Assembly (NCBI GenBank): GCA_004431415.1
Contig: QPMI01000520.1
Coordinates: 310,001 to 374,000, forward strand
Origin: Cyanophora paradoxa CCMP329
Lineage: Eukaryota; Plantae; Glaucophyta
Reading direction: 5' to 3'
Length of the DNA stretch: 64,000 nt
A program made the position numbers and the translations under genes. The notes below the pieces were generated by a model. It made no database searches. It had not been told where the DNA came from and saw only the letters and a list, made by a program, of their open reading frames with translations. This document shows positions 59,267-64,000 of this stretch, piece by piece; position 1 is the first letter of the stretch, and the number at the start of each line of letters is the position of its first letter.

Positions 59267-62200
59267 ATGTCGAACACTTCTGAACTGATCAGTTCTGAAG
59301 TCCGTAGCCAGCTGTCCGCACTTGCGCACGTTGAGCCTGCGAAGGCCGAACTTGCTGTGCAGCTCGCTGGCACCGCCGCTGCGGCGGAGGATGATCCCGC
59401 GCGGATCGCCTTCCTCCCCGCGAAGCCGCGCCTCGCCGACGGTGACCGGTTCCGGAAGGATGTCCGGAACTTCCAGTCGGCTCAGCCGACGAAGTATCTC
59501 TTTGGCCCGGACACTGCCGGCGGCCAGGAGTATACTAAGTCTGAGGCGCTTGCCGGAGTGATCGTCGGGCGCATCCGCCCCGGCGCCCTCCGCGCCGAGA
59601 TTGAGCGTAAGCGCGACCTCTATGAGGCCTCTATTGCTGGCCTGGAGCGTGACCGCGCCCTGCTCGCTCGTCTCGAACTTGTCCCGGCTGATCTGCGGAC
59701 TGCCGAGGATGAGGCTGCAATCTTGGCGCTGCAGCAGAGCTGCGCGCGCGATCATGCCACTATCGTGGCCGTGCGTGACTCGTACTTGCGTGCCCCCGGG
59801 CTCCTCGCGACGATCACGGCATGGATTCATGAGACGCGCCCGCACGCGGCCCGCCGGGCTCTCACTGAGCCCTACACGGGCGAGGACCCGCGCTCATGGC
59901 ATGACTGGTTCATGCCCCTAGTGCAGCACACGCTGCCCCAGGGCCAGCGCCTCGCCGTGTACTATGCGGAGTGTCTGCGCACTGCGCTCGAGGCCCGCTC
60001 GACGAGCGAGGACCCGGAATATCAGAACCTCGATGTTCGGATGGCCGGGTTCGCCCAGGCGAACGAGCGCACTCTGCGCGCGTTCCTCGCCGCGCTGCAG
60101 CAGCGCATCCTTGCACAGGACGGCGCCCTGTCGCCGCTCCAGCTCGACGAAATCTTCGTCGCAGCGTGCAAGACGCACGGCTGCCGCACCGTGCTGCCCC
60201 CCACGGCCACGGCCGCACTCGAGGCGCCGGAGGCTAAGAAGCCCCGCGTGCGCAAGCTGGCGCCGGTAGCGGCCGCCGCCAGCGACGACGACGGCGACGA
60301 GCCCATCGAGGCCGTGCCCGTCAAGTCCGTCAATGCGGCCCCGGGCACGAAGGCTCCGCAGGGCGCGCCCGTCGCGGGTCGCCGGCACCCCGACGAGGAG
60401 CGCCTGGGGTACCCGAGCACGACCACGTCCCCATGCCCCCTGTGCATGCACGTGGAGATGCCGGCCCTCGACCGCTGCCACTTTACGTGGAACTGCGTGT
60501 GGGGCACGGCCCCCTTCCCCAATATCCCATACTCCGAGTGGGTGAAAGGGATTGCGGATAAGCGCGCGCGGCGCCGCGATCGGCCGGCGCGCGAGGAGGA
60601 TGCCGCCGATGAGCGCAGCGAGCCCGGCCCGACCCGCGGCGGGTTCTCGCACCGCGGCGGGCACCGCCAGGAGCCGTACGCCCGCGGCGGCTACCGCAAC
60701 GACCGCGGCGGCTTCGGCCGGACCGCGGCGGCGGCTACAGCCGGGGCGGCGCCACCCGCGCCCCTGCCTCCGGCCCGAACCAGCGCCCGCTGGGGAAGGG
60801 CAAGGAGAAGAGCGCCCAGGACGACCGTGAGCCGGGCTGCTGGACCTGCGGGTCTCTGGACCACATCCGCCGGGACTGCCCGGACGCTGAGTCACAGGGC
60901 CGCGGCGGACGCGGCCGGGGCTACGGCCAGGACATGAACCGCGGGCAGCGGCCCCGGTTCAACCAAGTTCGCGCCGAGAACGAGCCCCGCTCTGACTCGC
61001 CGAACTCGGCCGCCATGGCTGCATTCTTCCAGCACCTGCAGGCGATGCAGCAGCAGGCCGCCCTGCACGAGAGCGCGCGTGGCGCCAGCTCCTCGTCTGC
61101 AGGCGGCAACCCGAACGCCGGCGCCCCTCCGGGCGGCCCGTCCATTCGGTCGCTGTCTGTGATGCCCGTGGGCACGGATTCCGACTCGGACGAGGCTGCG
61201 GCCGTTGCAGCGGTCCGCCAGCCGTCCGACGCCCTCGCCATGGCCGCCAAGGCGCGCGACCAGGCCGCCTTCGATGCCGCTGCGGCGGACATCTCGGCTG
61301 GCGCCCTCGACGATGCCACTCGCGAGGCTGCGTTCGAGCGGGACCTCCGCTGCGCCAACCCGGCCAGCGAGGACGGCTCCGGGGAGTCCGAGCTTGGGGA
61401 GAGCGACGCCGAGCGGCTCGACACGGACTCCGAGTCCGCCCCGAGCTCCGACCCTGGCCAGGGCTCCGCGCCCTACGCCAGCGACACCTCGAAGCCCGCC
61501 CATTTCGGGCCGTTCGGTTCTCCGGACCGCGACGTGCCCCAGGCACCACCCCGGTGCTCCACGAAGTCGTGGGCACTGGATTACATGCCGTATGACCACG
61601 TGCCTGCCACGGACGTGGAGAAAGAGGGCGAGCGCGAGGGCGGGCCCTACTTGCCCCGCTACGTGAGCCCGGTGCTCATGCCGCTCACAAAGTGGTACGC
61701 CCACTTGACGGCCAAGCCCCGTGACCTAGAGCGCGCCATTGGGCTGCTCTTCACGAACGGCCTCGACGACGCGAAGCAGACGCTGCTCGTTCGCGAACTC
61801 GCCCAGGAGGGCCCGAAAGGCATAGTCCTTGACCGGTTCCTGGGGGCCTGCGGCCTGCGGCGCCCCGAGCGCCTGCTGCTGGGTCGCCTGGCTCACCGCA
61901 CCGAGGCTCACTCCCTCGCCTGCGTGATCGAGGCTGCGGCGACGATCGCCAAGCTCGATTACCGCCTCCAGGAGGGCCCCGATTCGAGCATTGCGATGCT
62001 CGCAATCCGCGGTGCCCAACTCAGCCACCCCGTCACCAAGTGCTCGGGTATTGGCTCGGCCCCTGATCCTGAGGATCTTTGGCCCGACGACCCCAATGAG
62101 CTCGACGTCGCCTCGCTGAAAGCTTGGGACGACATGCTCTTGTCGTGGGAGCGGCACGCGCCCGCCTCGAACGTCTGGGGCCTCGCCTCAGACTCGAGCG

Positions 62201-64000
62201 CACTGCCGGACAGCGAGCGTTTACCGCTGCTATCCCTGCTCATTTCGTCGGCGTACCTGCTCGCTCAGCCGGGCCTGAAATGGCCGGGGATCCAGCACCT
62301 GCAGGTCGAACCAAACGGCGACCCGCGGTTCGACATTACGCCCGACGGGAACGTCTCCCGTACCGTGACGGGCTACCACGCCATGCGCACAGCGCTCGCT
62401 GCGGCTCGCGAACTCCTCGACGAGGATTCCGACTTCCACGCTTACTGCGTGCAGCTTGTGCTTGCCATAATCCGTTTCCGGACCCTTACGGTGCTGCCGG
62501 GCGCACTCGGATTCGAGAAGGGCAGCCTTTTCGCGTGGATTAGCCCTAAGGACGTGGCCCCGCCACTGTCGCTGTTCCAAACATACACGGAGCGGCTGAC
62601 TGAGGTTGCCGGAGCCACGTGCTTCGACACGCGCGCCAAGGGCACCGTCCCCGAGCGCGTTATCGCCATGCAAAACAGCCGCCGCGCTCGCTGCATGGCC
62701 GGGGAGCCGCCGCTCGTGAACCTGTCCGAGCTGGTGCAGCACGGCTCAGACCTTGAGGGTTCCGGGCCATCAAGTTGCTCCCCCGCGTCGCCGTGCGCCG
62801 CCTGGCCAGGATCCTCGACCTGCGCCGCCCCACGGAGTTCAGCAGCTTGCTGTTCTCCGACTGGCTCATGGGCCTGGGGACCTATCACGCCGCCCCCACG
62901 GTCGTGGTAGACAGCCCCGTCGGCCCCGGCGAAGGGCTCCGGTTCCGGGAATTCCCGAATGCCGACCCCCTCATGCTTGGACCGAGTGTTGAAGCGTTTT
63001 ACGATCGCTCCTACCCGATCACTCGCCGCGGGCGGTGCTGTGACTACGATGTCATTGAGCTGCTGGCATCCCGCACTGTCCCCCGTGAGGGCCGTGGCCC
63101 GCTCCCTGGCGGCGTCCGTGACTCGAGCGAGTACTCATGGCTCGTGAACGCCCTCCACGGCGAGTTCTCTGCCGCGAACCGCTGGGGTGAAATGCACCGT
63201 AGCATTTTCACCTGGGTTTGCTACTGCATCTCGCAGTCCGGCGTCCGCGCCGTTGCTCTGCTCGAAAAGCCGCGCGACCGCGTGCGCTTGATGCTGGGCG
63301 AGGTACGCCGCCGCTTCACGGCCAAGCGCTCGCACCGTCCGGTCTGGGATGAGTTCGATGACGACCTCCAGACCAGCGACCGCATGGCTCGCGAGGTCGC
63401 CGAGCGTGAGGCCGCCGCCGGCCGCCGTGGCCGCGGCAAGGGCAAGGTCGACGAAACGACCTCTGCCGCCAAGCCCGCTCGCACCCGCGGCACCAGCCGC
63501 CGGCCCGCCCCCGCCAAGCCGGCAAATGCCGAGGCCGAGGGCGAAGGGGAAGCGGAAGAGGGCCCCGGCACGCCCTCTCCTGACCCCATGGAGTCCGATG
63601 AGAGCGCTGGCGTCGACAACGACACGCGCGAGAGGATGCGGCACGCGCTCTTTGTCCGTGCGGGCATTGACGCCCACCTCTTCGAGCTCATCGGCTGCCC
63701 CAGCCCCTCTAGCCGTTGGCCGACTCAGGTCGAGCACATGTGGCTCGCCAACAGCGGCCTGCAGCCGGCTCAAAACCCGGTCACGCTGCACATCGCTCCC
63801 GACCCGGAGCTCGCCTCCTGGCTCGAAGCTGAAGCGGCCCAGCCGCCCTGGCGCCGCTTCGCCTGGTTCCATGAGAACCCCGACCGCCCCAGTGGGAGCG
63901 GCTGGAAATCGTCATGCCGAATCGCCACCCGGCGAACATTCGCATGCTGAAGCGCGCTGTCGCTTCCTTCGAGCTCGCCGCCTCCAGCGCCGGCTTGCTC
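59267..64000 (+). CDS. Very long intronless Gag-like polyprotein, interrupted by three apparent frameshifts (~60720, ~62757, ~63885)
   Basis: ATG 59267, coiled-coil N-region, CPLC..H..C motif and RGG repeats. The zinc knuckle CWTCGSLDHIRRDC (60838-60879) lies in the frame of ORF 60934-62910. Coding-like sequence continues across each frame switch. Confidence 0.7.

Larger units (their letters stand above)
58159..64000 (+). mobile_element. LTR retrotransposon, 5' part (continues beyond window)
   Basis: Interrupts a 150-bp repeat unit after CCCGT. A TG...CA LTR is followed immediately by a PBS and then an intronless Gag-like ORF with a CCHC knuckle. Confidence 0.8.

Overview
GC-rich eukaryotic nuclear DNA with many short (~50-100 nt) spliceosomal introns. 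It is probably from an alga with a primary plastid: a Tic110 gene with a Phe-containing transit peptide fits a glaucophyte such as Cyanophora (inference). Positions 1-49.4 kb are gene-dense. They hold a TKL kinase 3' end, Rab11, exportin-4, a RIIa-domain protein, an ASCH-C-terminal-like protein, TRAPPC5, a tetraspanin, an RRM protein, Tic110, three F-box proteins, BRE/BABAM2, an MnmM/YtqB methyltransferase, VPS45 and NDUFB8. They also hold two paralogous Cys-rich (DUF4215-like) repeat proteins, a truncated ERMP1 abutting a TRAPPC10 pseudogene fragment, and a tRNA-derived SINE-like element. Positions 49.4-64 kb are a nested transposon/repeat region: a Mutator-like MITE with a nested TA-TSD MITE, Helitron-like ends, a ~150-bp repeat, and the 5' part of an LTR retrotransposon. 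The most unusual feature is that retrotransposon's leader. It has three PBS-like sites interleaved with two antisense tRNA-like Pol III cassettes, followed by a very long Gag-like ORF with no recognisable pol in the window. All gene models and family calls were made by eye from recalled motifs; no database search was run.
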